A DNA stretch of 64,000 bases from positions 128,001-192,000 of the forward strand of contig CAWAUV010000007.1 of NCBI GenBank assembly GCA_963785305.1, in the 5' to 3' direction. Origin of the DNA: an uncultured Planctomycetaceae bacterium (lineage in GTDB: Bacteria; Planctomycetota; Planctomycetia; Pirellulales; PALSA-1355). Of this stretch, positions 20,688-31,369 are shown piece by piece (within the stretch, counting starts at the first letter, position 1; each line of letters starts with the position of its first letter). The position numbers were made by a program, and so were the translations under genes. Below the pieces are notes generated by a model, which was given only the letters and a program-made list of their open reading frames with translations, was not told the DNA's origin and did no database searches.

Positions 20688-20770
20688 GTTGAGTTTTCCA
20701 TCGCTTTTTGCTGGTCAACGTCCTTGCCTTCCCCATTTACTCGGCCATCCTTGGCCGAGAGCTACCGGCG

Positions 20771-23623
20771 TCACAGCACCGGCAGGTACACATACATCCC
20801 GAGAACGTCTGGCGGCAGTTGCGGCTCAATGTCGTACTTTACGCCGGTTCGCCGCATTGCATGGCGGACACGCTGATGCGCGGCCAACAGTTCCTTGCCG
20901 CGCTCGCCGGCAAGTTGATCGAGACGAGGACGAACGTGGTCGAACTCGTCAATGGCCCGCTGGATGAAGCCGCGTGCCACGTCATCGGGAACGTTTTCAT
21001 CCGGAGCGGCTTCCAGCAAGGCTTCCGCATCCGTGGCCGAGAGCCACTCCGCAGAGGCCGGAGCGCCGCGAAATCCGATCACGCGACAATCTTCAGCCAA
21101 GAGAGGCTTCGTCTCGTCGCCGACCGTGGTGAGGATGTGGTAACGGAAACGAACCAAGAGCAACGTGGTTCTGCCAGTTACTTTCTTCGTTCGGATGACA
21201 CCGCATCGAGCCGCGACTGGCCGGGCCTCAGCCGCCTGGTTGGAGTCGAGGGCGGTGTTCATGACATACGAGGCAAGTCCCTCAACGACGGTACTGGTCC
21301 GCGAGAGGTAAAGCTCGTCGTCTTGGACGCCAGGCTGGAACCGAGCGTTGAATTCGTCCTGGTCGCCGATGGCCTCGCGCACGGCCAAAGGGGATTCCTT
21401 CAAGTTGATGCGGAACCGCCCGTGCTGTTCGTGCATCGTGCCACGGTAAGCTTTCACGGCTGTCGTGACGAAACGCTGAACGTCGGTTTCCGAACCGATG
21501 GCCTGACGCATGGCCGCGACTTCCAAAGCCACTTCGTCCGGCTTGATTGTCTGCTGAGCAAACAGCGACCGACTTCGCTTCTCCCGTTCCGCCGCGTTTT
21601 TCCATTCGGTCTCGAACTCATCGACCTTGGTCTTCTCTTCGGGCGCCATGTCGAAAAGGGTTGGCTGATCCTTGTTCTCTTTCTTCCGCAACAGAAGCCC
21701 TTCGTAGAGAGCTTCCAGCAGGGAGTTGCTGCTGGTCGGCACCGGGATCGAGATGCCGAGGGCCTTGCGAATCGTCTGGTGTTTGCGAAGCAGGACTTCC
21801 AGGACGACCCCGTCGATTTGATTGTCCGTGCCGTAATAGGTCACGACCTTTACGACGGGTCGCGGCTGGCCGAAACGGTCAACGCGGCCTTCCCGCTGTT
21901 CGTGACGGGTCGGGTTCCAACTCAGGTCGTAATGGACGACGGCATCGAACAGGTGCTGCAAGTTCACGCCTTCACTGAGGCAATCGGTGCAAACCAGGAC
22001 ATACTTCTTCGAGTCGCGAAGCGTCAGGATGCGTTCTTCTCGCTCCGACGGAGGGATATTCCCCGTCACCGTCATAACGGCGACATCTTTCGGCAGCCGT
22101 TGGCGGAGTTGCTCGCCCAAGTATTCTGCCGTGGCAATGAAGCGGCAAAACAGGATTGGCCGATGCCCATCGACGATGAGCTTTTTGACGATCTGCACGA
22201 CCTTCATGAGCTTCGGGTCTTTGTCTCCCTGAAGCTCTTCCGCCGCACGGGCCAACTCCAACAGTTTCTTTCGATCCCGGCTTACCGTCGTGGTATCGGT
22301 TTCCAGGTCCGATACGTCCGAACCGGGGATGACATCCGGGGCTTCGGCGGTTTCGTCCAGGTCTTCGTCGAAAACGAGTGGCCGACTCACTTGATCGACT
22401 TCTTCCGGGCTTTCGGCAGAGATCGAGCGAATCTTACTTCTCAAGGTTGCAGCACCAGCAGCCGGACTGCTGGCCAAGGCACGCAACATACCGAGGGCGG
22501 CCCACCAGCAAACGCGTTGTCGGACCTTGGCCAGAGCCTGAGCGTCCTTAACCACTTCGCGGGCGTAATTCAGGACGCGCTCGAATAACCTTTGGTAATC
22601 GGAATCCTTGCCGAGCTGGTAGGTCTGTTCCTGCTCCAGGCGGTCAGGAAAAGCTGTGTCGAATTCCAGGTACTTGCGGATGTCGGCGCACCGCCGCTGC
22701 ACGAAATAGCGAGCTAGCTCCTCGCGTTGACGACGATTCTGATCGCCCGAAAGGTCGAGCGGCAGATTGCCAAACTCCGGCTTGAGCAGGGCGAGCAGCG
22801 ATCGGAAGCCTTCTTCATTGCCACTATGGGGCGTCGCCGTCACGAGCAGCACGTGCCGGGCGGGGTTTTTCGCCAGTGCTTGCACCACCTGATGCCGTTG
22901 TTGGCGACCGGTTCCCCGACCTGCTTGGCCTTGCAGGGTGCAAGTGTGGGCTTCATCGACGATGACCAGTTCGGGACATGCGCGTACGAAATCCTCGCGT
23001 CGCGATTCCGACTTGATGTAGTCCATCGACACGACGGTGAAGGGAAACACCTCGAATACGGATCGATTCCCGCAGAGCCGGTCGAGCTTGTTGGCAGTGC
23101 TAGCTAGGACGAGTTCCGCATCAATGTGAAACTTGTCGTGTAATTCTTCTTGCCACTGTTCCGCCAAGTGCGGCGGACAGAGGATGGCGAGCCGGTTGAC
23201 TTCGCCCCGATCGAGCATTTCTTTCGCGATGAGCAGGGCTTCAATCGTTTTGCCGATACCGACATCGTCCGCGATCAGCAGCCGAATCGGGTCCAGCTTC
23301 AAGGCCATCAAGAGCGGCACGAGTTGATAGGCACGGGGTTCGACGGCAATTCGCCCAAACGAGCGAAATGGCCCCGCGCTGGAACGGAACCCAAGCCGAA
23401 TGGCATCGCGAAGCATCCGGCAGCCTTGGTAGTCGCCGAGCCGGGACGGATCGGGTAGGGCGAACCGGGCTTCCTCGACCGTTTCCAGGGCCGTATCAAT
23501 GCCCGCAACTTCGGCATCCGTCCCGCCCAACGGCCGAACGATCAGGAACTCGTCCTGCGAGTCGGGTAGGACTACCCATTCTCGGCCTCGGACCTTTACC
23601 AGTGATCCCGCACTGAACGCCAT
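20771..23623 (-). CDS. SNF2-family helicase, DrmD-like
   Basis: LIADDVGIGKT, DEAH, TATPH, SEGVNLQ, WNPTRHEQREGRVDRFGQ; start MAFSAGSLV with GGAGG RBS. Confidence 0.92.
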   Translation of the reverse strand: MAFSAGSLVKVRGREWVVLPDSQDEFLIVRPLGGTDAEVAGIDTALETVEEARFALPDPSRLGDYQGCRMLRDAIRLGFRSSAGPFRSFGRIAVEPRAYQLVPLLMALKLDPIRLLIADDVGIGKTIEALLIAKEMLDRGEVNRLAILCPPHLAEQWQEELHDKFHIDAELVLASTANKLDRLCGNRSVFEVFPFTVVSMDYIKSESRREDFVRACPELVIVDEAHTCTLQGQAGRGTGRQQRHQVVQALAKNPARHVLLVTATPHSGNEEGFRSLLALLKPEFGNLPLDLSGDQNRRQREELARYFVQRRCADIRKYLEFDTAFPDRLEQEQTYQLGKDSDYQRLFERVLNYAREVVKDAQALAKVRQRVCWWAALGMLRALASSPAAGAATLRSKIRSISAESPEEVDQVSRPLVFDEDLDETAEAPDVIPGSDVSDLETDTTTVSRDRKKLLELARAAEELQGDKDPKLMKVVQIVKKLIVDGHRPILFCRFIATAEYLGEQLRQRLPKDVAVMTVTGNIPPSEREERILTLRDSKKYVLVCTDCLSEGVNLQHLFDAVVHYDLSWNPTRHEQREGRVDRFGQPRPVVKVVTYYGTDNQIDGVVLEVLLRKHQTIRKALGISIPVPTSSNSLLEALYEGLLLRKKENKDQPTLFDMAPEEKTKVDEFETEWKNAAEREKRSRSLFAQQTIKPDEVALEVAAMRQAIGSETDVQRFVTTAVKAYRGTMHEQHGRFRINLKESPLAVREAIGDQDEFNARFQPGVQDDELYLSRTSTVVEGLASYVMNTALDSNQAAEARPVAARCGVIRTKKVTGRTTLLLVRFRYHILTTVGDETKPLLAEDCRVIGFRGAPASAEWLSATDAEALLEAAPDENVPDDVARGFIQRAIDEFDHVRPRLDQLAGERGKELLAAHQRVRHAMRRTGVKYDIEPQLPPDVLGMYVYLPVL

Positions 23624-23633
23624 GTTGCCTCCC

Positions 23634-26600
23634 TTACTGGCTTGCCGCCGATGTCGTGATCGGTACTTGTGCGACGCCGAAGATGTTTGGGTATCTGGCG
23701 ATAATCTCCGCCCAGTTGTCTTGGTGGTGGAAGCGAAGGACGGTGATACCGAGATCTTCCATCCGTGCCGAGGCGTCGGCATCTCGCTGTTGTCGCTCGG
23801 GGAAGTCATGCGGTGGACCGTCCACGTAGATTGCAGTGTGCTCCCGTTCGTAAACGAAATCCGGGCGAGTAGAGCATTGCGCGTAATGCTTCTGGCCGAC
23901 GGACGGAAGTCGATGGCCACGCAGTGCCAGGTAGTCGAGCCAAGCCTTTTCGAGATTGCTGTCGCAACCGGCTTTCAGGGTTTGCAGATGGTCAGCGAAC
24001 GGCTTCGGACTGGGGGAAGACTTCACGCCGCAAGACTGCAAATCTCGCAAGAAGCCCAAAAGCATTTTTCGATCAAGCAATTCGTGTTCACGCTGGTTCG
24101 AGTAGCTCATGAGGCAGTCGTAACATGCTGCCTCGCAGTCCTCCGAAGCTCCAACGGCCCGGCAGCGATCCTCGCCCGCTTCAGGGTCGAAATGGCAAAT
24201 CCGTAGAGCTTCAGTTGCAATTTCCGCCAAGCTATTCCCATTGTCGAGCAGCCGGCGCAGCACGCCCGCGCCACCCTCGGCTGATTCGTAAAGCAGGATG
24301 CGTCGTCGATCGTCCGAAGATGGAAGCGGCTCGGCCGCCAGTTCGTTGTCCTCAAGCTGATAGATGGCTTGAATGGCCTTCTTGATCGCGGCCTGAAGCG
24401 AGGTCATCGTTTTTGGATCAAGGTGCGTTGTGGGCTCGATGATAAGGCAATTTCTGCGATCCTCAACAAACGGAACGACGCGTTCCGTTTTTGCGCCGAG
24501 CGGGTCGGCGGGGTCTTCCTCGTCGGGGAGTTGGTCGGAGCGCTGCCAGTACCCTTTCTCCATATCGAGGACGAATCCGAGGCGATTCTTTTCAGCACGC
24601 CGCCGCCATCCCAGATTGACTCGCCAGATGTCCGCAGCGTCGCCGTAGGTAAGTTTAAGTACAGCGCCATTTGGCCCAGCGACTTCGGCTACCTGGAATA
24701 AGGCGACTCCACCGACCTCCTTAAAGCGCAAGCCGGTGCGGATTTCGTAGCCCATGCGGGTGCGTTCTTCTTCGTCGCTGGTGATGCGATCACGACGTTT
24801 CGTCGAAACGTTTTGCAGGCGGAGCAGCCGATCGATGCGGTCGAGGTTGGCGCTTCCACAGTTCTCGCAGCAGTTGGGGCCGGCTTCTGTGGCACCAAGT
24901 TCGTGAATATACCCGCAGGCGCCACACTGCTTCACCGAGACCGTGATCGCTTCCCCCTCATCTGTTGGTTCCTTTCGGTATCCGACGGGCAGAATCACCT
25001 TGTTGACGATGTAACGCGATCCTTCGTGGTAAATGATGCTCCTTGGGCCGAACTCGGAAATTGCCAAGAAGCGGGGCCGAGACAGGAATTCATCCTTACC
25101 CTGAACCCGCCGACGGGCGGGGATGTATGCCGACAAGGGCAGACGTGGGAAGTTATATCCGGGCAGGAAGCCTTCACTGGCGAAGTACCGATAGCTGTAG
25201 AAGTCCGATTGGACCACATTCTTGGCATCAGTGAGGAGTTCGATTTGCGCTTCAGCCTCTCGCCGTAGACGTTTCGCCTCCTCCCACATGGGCCGGCGGG
25301 CGACATCGGCAATGATCGAGTTTTGATACTCGAATTGGGCCTTCGCAGCACGAAACAGGCTCCGCCAGCGGTTACATGCTGCTTCAAATTCTTGCATCGT
25401 GTGGTCGAGCACGAGCTTCAGCCATTCCGATGTATACCACGGGGCTGCACGTAGGTCTTCCTCGATCGTTTTGAGGATGGCACTGGACTTACGGTAGGCG
25501 GCTTCGAGAACACCTGACCGCGTCAAGCTAGTACGGACGCTTGGAAGTATCGCCAAGGACGGTTTGACCCCCTGAACGTCCAGAATCTCGGTCAGCGAAT
25601 TGCCAAGGAACGTATTGGTCTCGGCCAGCCACACAGCGTACGCGTGGGCTTTGATTAAATCTTCGTTTGCAAGGTCGAGACGTGGTGGCGACACCGCGCC
25701 GGATACCATCCGGTCTGGCAGGCGGAAGAAGTACTGATCGTGCGAATTGCCCGTGGCGCAATAGGTCAGCACGAATGCTGGCTGGCCACTGCGGCCAGCA
25801 CGGCCACTGCGCTGAGCGTAATTGGCCGGCGTCGGGGGCACATTTCGCATGTTGACGACATTGAGCTGTCGAATGTCAACGCCCAATTCCATCGTTGGGG
25901 AACAGTAAAGCACCGGCAGCTTTCCATCGCCAAAGTCCTTTTCCCGCTGCTCGCGCTCGTCATATGGAACCTGGGCCGTGTGCTCCCTGGCCTCCAGGCC
26001 CCGGCATGATCCCGCAACGTGCTGATAAAACCGGACGAAGAACGGGTTCGTCCGGCCGCCCTTTTCCGGCGGGTTTGGAACACGAATAGGGTCGTGAAAA
26101 GCGACCGTCCCGTCAGCCGCGTGCCAGTACATCGCGGCAGCAGACAACTGATAACCGGGGACGGGATTATCACCCGTTGGCTCGGCTGTCTCGACGAGGT
26201 ATTGCGCGGTTTTCAGAACGCGAAATAGGTCGCGTAGTATGGCGTCTTTATCGGCCAAACGCAGCTTTGTTCCGGTCCGCTCAAACTCCGGGAATGTCCC
26301 ACGTCGTCCCAAGAAGATACCGAACCCACTTCGACCAGATAGGTAGGAAAAGTACATCCGATCATGTGGGCCACGAGCACGTGGGAAGACGGCCGATGCC
26401 AGTTCCGGCTTTTCCTGCTCGTCGATTGCCCAGGGTGAGCGCAATCGCTGGGAACTCTGCATTTGGAGTCGTTCAAAAAAGTCTCCCTTGAGGTAATCGA
26501 CATCGATTGCCAATTCGCGGCGCAGGTAGTCCAGCAGAACCCTGGCGATGCGTTCACGAATCTTTGGCGCAGCCATGACCAAGGCGGCATGACACCCTTG

Positions 26601-28874
26601 CCAGTGGTCCTCCGACTGACACAGTTCATCAATGGACGGGTAATCGATCTTCAGCAGGCCACACTGTTCGAGGTTGGGCGAGGTGACGCGCCAGCCACGC
26701 TTCAAGTCTCGATATAGCCGATAGCCAAGAACGTTGCGAAAGGATTTGTCCGTTTCAGCCCGCTGAGCAAATTGAACTCCCGGTTCGCGAGCGTAAAGTT
26801 CAAGAGGCAAGGCAAGGGCCTTGAATACTTTTTGGGATAGTTCGTCATGGGATATTCCATCAGAACCGGCTGCCGCAACGGCTTTGTAAAGCGCAGCGCG
26901 CAGCAAGCTCACCTCGACAAAATCGTTGAAATGACCAGCTTGTAGCGAGGCATCCTGCCGGTTGTCGGTGAAACTCAGCAGCTTGCGGGCATGTTCCTGC
27001 AACGAAGCTTCCGACCGGAGAAACCGAACCGCATACAAGCTCAGAATGGTCGTGGCAGTGCTTCGGCCGCCAGTAGCTAAAGTCGCCAGCCGTCCAAAAT
27101 CCGATTCCCCGCGCCGTGCCCGGTACGATACCTCGCAGCAAAGGCAGAAGCGGAATGGCAAGGTCAGGAAGGCAAATGCCTGTCCATTCGGGCTGACCTC
27201 GCCATTGGGCGCTATCCGCACAGTTGTCGGCACATCGTTCCGCAATGTGGATCGAACGCGCGACTTCCCACCGCTCTCTTCGATCCATTCTTCTGGAACT
27301 CGCTGAACGATCTCTTCAGGGTCTTCTGGCCAAGGCCGTTCGGAATCGCGGTATAAGAAACCGGCTTCCCCCTGTTCATCGTCCAAGCCTCGATCTGACA
27401 GCTTGCGGGGCTTGAACACAACCAACTTTGATTGCCGGTCGGTGACTTTCCAGACCGTGTAGTATTCTGCTCCACACTCGCGGCAAAAAGCCAATGGGTA
27501 AAGGAGTCGGCCTCGGTCGCCAGGGACGAATTGTTGTCCGCTCAGCGAGAAGTGCCGTTGTCCAACGTCCTCCAGGGTGGCGAAGACCGCGTCACCGCGA
27601 CTGATAAACTGGTGCAAGCGAAATGCAAACGGTTTGGCGCTCGTTTCCGGGTTTGCTTGGCACGTGTGACCAGCAAGCAACCAAGATCGAATTGCGTTTG
27701 CACATTTGTCCTCGGCAATGCTCGTTAATTGACTCAGCTTTCGGGCAGCCCCAGATTCCCCGCTGATCGACAGGGGCTTCGCGCGAACGAGGCGATTGTC
27801 ATCCTGGTCACGGCGGAGACCGAAAGTCGCCTCAAGCCAACTGGCCATCATGGTTGCCACGAACCCAGGATAATCGGCTGGGATCGAGGCTCCCTCAATG
27901 TCGGCACGTAGTCGAGCTAGATTGTCTGCGGCCGAAAAATCGTGATCCCGAGTGGCACGAGTCAGAGTCTCACCGATGACGGCATCAGGTTCGACTTTGG
28001 CACCAAAGAGGCGACCCGCAACTTCTGCAATCTGTGTACGTTGTTGGACAAAGCTGCCGCCAGTCGCCATTGTCGCTGAAGTGCCAACGCAGAGGAGGTC
28101 CTTTGCTTGGCATGCTTCCCGCACTCGCCGCGTAAGCATCGCTACATCCGCGCCTTGGCGCCCGCGGTATGTGTGGAGTTCATCAAGTACGAGAAATCGA
28201 AGTCCGCGTGCCGCATTGATGATCTTGCGCTCGAAGGGCCGCGTGAGCAACAGTTCGAGCATTACGTAGTTGGTGAGCAGGATGTCCGGAGGATTTGCCG
28301 AGATCTCGTCACGACGCTGCTGGTCTTCTTGGCCGGTGTAGCGATCAAACCGAACAGGTTCATTGCCCGCTCCGTAGCCCAATCGCAAGAACTTTTCCAG
28401 TTCCCCGTACTGGCTGTTACACAGAGCGTTCATCGGATACACAACGATTGCTTTGATGCCGTTGCCCCGGCCCACACGAAGCACGTGATCCACGATGGGT
28501 ACGATGTACGCCAGACTTTTGCCCGACCCAGTTCCAGTGGTGAGTACGTAGTTCATGCCGCGACTTGCCGAATGGACCGCGTCAACCTGATGTCTATGCA
28601 AGCGCATGGGCGTGCCGAGAGAGTCGGACACGGTCTTGATTCGGAATATCTTCTGGCACTCTGCATGAAGCTTTTCTTGCTTTACCAGGTCGTCAACCTT
28701 CCCTCCGAACTCGAAGGTGGGATTCATCTGGATCAGCGGCTGCGGCCACAGCGCCTCATCCGTCAGGCTCTGCTCGACGTATTCCCGCAGTGCAGCTTCG
28801 CGGATCTGAACGAAACTGCGGACATAGTCGGCATATTCGTGGATCACCGTGTCGCGCAATCGAAAGACGTCCAT
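23634..28874 (-). CDS. Large DEAD/DEAH helicase with DUF1998 and C-terminal Vsr/DUF559-like nuclease (fused DrmA/DrmB-like)
   Basis: TGTGSGKS, DELH, SAT, QRSGRAGR; YESAEGGAG...CEAACYDCL..Y.NQ..H..LDR; PDF...IYVDGPPH. Confidence 0.9.
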   Translation of the reverse strand: MDVFRLRDTVIHEYADYVRSFVQIREAALREYVEQSLTDEALWPQPLIQMNPTFEFGGKVDDLVKQEKLHAECQKIFRIKTVSDSLGTPMRLHRHQVDAVHSASRGMNYVLTTGTGSGKSLAYIVPIVDHVLRVGRGNGIKAIVVYPMNALCNSQYGELEKFLRLGYGAGNEPVRFDRYTGQEDQQRRDEISANPPDILLTNYVMLELLLTRPFERKIINAARGLRFLVLDELHTYRGRQGADVAMLTRRVREACQAKDLLCVGTSATMATGGSFVQQRTQIAEVAGRLFGAKVEPDAVIGETLTRATRDHDFSAADNLARLRADIEGASIPADYPGFVATMMASWLEATFGLRRDQDDNRLVRAKPLSISGESGAARKLSQLTSIAEDKCANAIRSWLLAGHTCQANPETSAKPFAFRLHQFISRGDAVFATLEDVGQRHFSLSGQQFVPGDRGRLLYPLAFCRECGAEYYTVWKVTDRQSKLVVFKPRKLSDRGLDDEQGEAGFLYRDSERPWPEDPEEIVQRVPEEWIEESGGKSRVRSTLRNDVPTTVRIAPNGEVSPNGQAFAFLTLPFRFCLCCEVSYRARRGESDFGRLATLATGGRSTATTILSLYAVRFLRSEASLQEHARKLLSFTDNRQDASLQAGHFNDFVEVSLLRAALYKAVAAAGSDGISHDELSQKVFKALALPLELYAREPGVQFAQRAETDKSFRNVLGYRLYRDLKRGWRVTSPNLEQCGLLKIDYPSIDELCQSEDHWQGCHAALVMAAPKIRERIARVLLDYLRRELAIDVDYLKGDFFERLQMQSSQRLRSPWAIDEQEKPELASAVFPRARGPHDRMYFSYLSGRSGFGIFLGRRGTFPEFERTGTKLRLADKDAILRDLFRVLKTAQYLVETAEPTGDNPVPGYQLSAAAMYWHAADGTVAFHDPIRVPNPPEKGGRTNPFFVRFYQHVAGSCRGLEAREHTAQVPYDEREQREKDFGDGKLPVLYCSPTMELGVDIRQLNVVNMRNVPPTPANYAQRSGRAGRSGQPAFVLTYCATGNSHDQYFFRLPDRMVSGAVSPPRLDLANEDLIKAHAYAVWLAETNTFLGNSLTEILDVQGVKPSLAILPSVRTSLTRSGVLEAAYRKSSAILKTIEEDLRAAPWYTSEWLKLVLDHTMQEFEAACNRWRSLFRAAKAQFEYQNSIIADVARRPMWEEAKRLRREAEAQIELLTDAKNVVQSDFYSYRYFASEGFLPGYNFPRLPLSAYIPARRRVQGKDEFLSRPRFLAISEFGPRSIIYHEGSRYIVNKVILPVGYRKEPTDEGEAITVSVKQCGACGYIHELGATEAGPNCCENCGSANLDRIDRLLRLQNVSTKRRDRITSDEEERTRMGYEIRTGLRFKEVGGVALFQVAEVAGPNGAVLKLTYGDAADIWRVNLGWRRRAEKNRLGFVLDMEKGYWQRSDQLPDEEDPADPLGAKTERVVPFVEDRRNCLIIEPTTHLDPKTMTSLQAAIKKAIQAIYQLEDNELAAEPLPSSDDRRRILLYESAEGGAGVLRRLLDNGNSLAEIATEALRICHFDPEAGEDRCRAVGASEDCEAACYDCLMSYSNQREHELLDRKMLLGFLRDLQSCGVKSSPSPKPFADHLQTLKAGCDSNLEKAWLDYLALRGHRLPSVGQKHYAQCSTRPDFVYEREHTAIYVDGPPHDFPERQQRDADASARMEDLGITVLRFHHQDNWAEIIARYPNIFGVAQVPITTSAASQ

Positions 28875-29098
28875 AATCGCATCCCTTCAGGCTCTGCCAT
28901 CGCCAGTACCGGTCCCCATCGGTCTTGGCATGGCCATGCCAGCAACTTGGCCCAAGTCTCTGTGGATATTGGCTTCTTCATCGTCCGCAGGTCACGAGAG
29001 TGAAGCCACCAAAGATACCCTTTCGATGCCACCTTTGACAGCCTCACTATGTCCGGATGGGGGCACCGGAAATCCGAGCCGCAGCCGCACATGGCGGC

Positions 29099-30976
29099 CT
29101 AAATGCTCTCGCCATACCCGGTGTCGCCCGAGTCATAGGGGCCGACCCATTGCGCCACGATCAGGCACGATTCGAGAATCGCTCCCACGGTCGTCGAGCC
29201 GCCGGAATTTATCACCACGTCGAGAGTGACCTGGCTACCCGATTGAAGATTCAGCAGAAAGTCGTTCGACACCGTGATTTGGCCGTATGGCGTCACGGTC
29301 GCCGAGAGAAAAAACTGCGGCGACAACGTGGATGGCGAGCCACCCGGCGTCGTGACGAAGGGTCGAACATAAATCAGCAGCGACGGCACGCCGCCGGATT
29401 CCAGGTAGCTGTGCGTATGCGATGGGAGCCCGGCGCCGGAGGCGTACCCTGTGTTGTTGGTAATGTTTCCCGACGTCGTGTTGAATGCGGTGTTTCCTTC
29501 GAGAGTCGCCGTTAGCGAAATCTTCCATTGGCCATCCAGGTTGACCTGAAAAATCGGATCGTCGTAAGTCGCCATTGAACCGGCCAAAATCGTGATTGCC
29601 GAGGCCGACGGATTGCCGCGATATTTGGTCGGCTTGACGTTCGGCGCGTCCGAGCCCCGAAATTCGTTGGCGCCGTATCCTGAGGGAGTTCCGGAGCTGG
29701 CCCAAAACAGCGTCGACGTGAACAGCATCAGCGGCGGCCGCGTCGAGTCACGGCGACAGAAGTAAAGCGGCCTTGGATCACTCGTGCCGCCCGAGCCGCC
29801 GGGATAGGGGTCGAACGTGCCGAGCAGCGCAGCCACATAATTGTCGCCGCAGACGGCCGTCGGCGCGGTCGAGCCCTGCGAGCCGCCCGGCACATCCACG
29901 AAATAAAGCCACGCGCTGATGCTGTTGTTCGTCCACGGCGCGCTCGAAAACGATGTTGTTCCCGGCGTGTAAGCCATCACCTGCGCGTCGAATAGATTTG
30001 TGGTCGTGTTGGTTGGCTTGACGCCCTGCCCAGTTGTAGGCGATCCGCTGCCGCTGATGAGCGTATTATTCGTCGTGATTTGAACGACGTCGGTTTGGCA
30101 ACCCTTGCGCACGGCGTAGAGCGGCAACGTGACTGAGCCCACCGCATATGTCCCGCAGGGAATACCGACATACTTCTCGCCCTTGACCAGCGTGGGATTT
30201 GGCCCGCCAGACCCGCTCACGCTGTCCAAGTCCAGAATCCAGCAGGTAGGCGTAGTCGTGGAGACGCTGGGTAACGGCATCGGTGAGAAACGATTGCCGC
30301 CGGTGTCGTTCGCGAATGTAGGCGCGGTCGTCTGAACCGTGACGAGCACGCCGGCCCAGAGCGCCTGACCGTATGGACTGCTCGGTGTCCCGGCGGTGAC
30401 CCCGCTTGTGTCGATCACGGCAACGACTGCCGCGCCCGCCGAGCTGGCTGAAATTCCAATCGCCGCGTTATCGACCAAATCGTCGGTCAACACGCCGAGC
30501 ACCTGAAGTGCGCCAGGCCCGCTACCCTTGGTCATTGTCCATTGGCCGCTCTTCGGCTGCCACATCTCGCCGGGGTTTGGCGTGACGCTACCCGATCCAC
30601 CAGGAGCCAAGTCGTCGAAAACGAATCGAATGTGCGGCGTCTCTTGCGCTGTCCCGAAGCCTTGGCCATCTACGGCCTGGATGCTGTTCCAGACGAAGGA
30701 TGTCGTCGACGTGGCCGTGCCATCGGCCTGTTTGACAGAAACGTAATTCTCGCCTTGCTCATCGTCGGGCTGCACGACTTCGACGACTTGGCAACAACCA
30801 TAGGGTGGAATCTGATCGTCGCCCGAGTTATAGATCGGGAGCTGAACAGGCGTCGAAAACGGTGGCTGCGGTCGAAATCTCGTTCGGTTGGCCGGCGCGC
30901 GGTTGAATTCCTCTGCGACGCGCGCAACCTTTCTCGCGCCTTCTTGCGTGAAGCCTATGATCGGTTCATCTGTCAT
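29099..30976 (-). CDS. Putative tail tip/receptor-binding protein (Thr/Ser/Gly-rich)
   Basis: Last gene of the tail block; low-complexity beta-rich composition. Confidence 0.55.
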   Translation of the reverse strand: MTDEPIIGFTQEGARKVARVAEEFNRAPANRTRFRPQPPFSTPVQLPIYNSGDDQIPPYGCCQVVEVVQPDDEQGENYVSVKQADGTATSTTSFVWNSIQAVDGQGFGTAQETPHIRFVFDDLAPGGSGSVTPNPGEMWQPKSGQWTMTKGSGPGALQVLGVLTDDLVDNAAIGISASSAGAAVVAVIDTSGVTAGTPSSPYGQALWAGVLVTVQTTAPTFANDTGGNRFSPMPLPSVSTTTPTCWILDLDSVSGSGGPNPTLVKGEKYVGIPCGTYAVGSVTLPLYAVRKGCQTDVVQITTNNTLISGSGSPTTGQGVKPTNTTTNLFDAQVMAYTPGTTSFSSAPWTNNSISAWLYFVDVPGGSQGSTAPTAVCGDNYVAALLGTFDPYPGGSGGTSDPRPLYFCRRDSTRPPLMLFTSTLFWASSGTPSGYGANEFRGSDAPNVKPTKYRGNPSASAITILAGSMATYDDPIFQVNLDGQWKISLTATLEGNTAFNTTSGNITNNTGYASGAGLPSHTHSYLESGGVPSLLIYVRPFVTTPGGSPSTLSPQFFLSATVTPYGQITVSNDFLLNLQSGSQVTLDVVINSGGSTTVGAILESCLIVAQWVGPYDSGDTGYGESI

Positions 30977-30985
30977 TGGAGCCGC

Positions 30986-31357
30986 TCAGGTTTCAAGGAT
31001 CGTGTAGTCGAGCAGGCAGGCTGCGGTGTTGGCTTGGGCGTACACGTTGCTGAGCTGTGCCAGGCGGAACAGGGTCGTCTCGCCCGGCAGGAGCGTGACC
31101 AGCGGGTAGAACGTGCTCGACACTTCTACGCCAATCTGTAAATAGTTGGTCGAATCGAGGTTGGTGAACTCGCCCCAGCCGGGGTTGCTGAAGCTACTTG
31201 CAAACGCGACCTGCGTGGCCGTCGTGCCGATCGACTGCGTGTTGCCCGTCTTCAGGGATCCAGCCTGATTGGCGCGAAAGCTGATGTTGCCGCTCTGGTA
31301 AGTCAGGTTGACATTCGAGCAAGAGAGCGACTGCGTGACTTTGATTTCGTTGGACAT
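30986..31357 (-). CDS. Phage hypothetical (minor structural) protein
   Basis: 123 aa ORF with AAAGG RBS in the tail operon. Confidence 0.65.
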   Translation of the reverse strand: MSNEIKVTQSLSCSNVNLTYQSGNISFRANQAGSLKTGNTQSIGTTATQVAFASSFSNPGWGEFTNLDSTNYLQIGVEVSSTFYPLVTLLPGETTLFRLAQLSNVYAQANTAACLLDYTILET

Positions 31358-31369
31358 AATTGCCTTTCG

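Noticed and set aside
20708..22588. 626-aa plus-strand ORF
   Set aside because: Antisense shadow of the SNF2 helicase in GC-rich DNA; no motifs.
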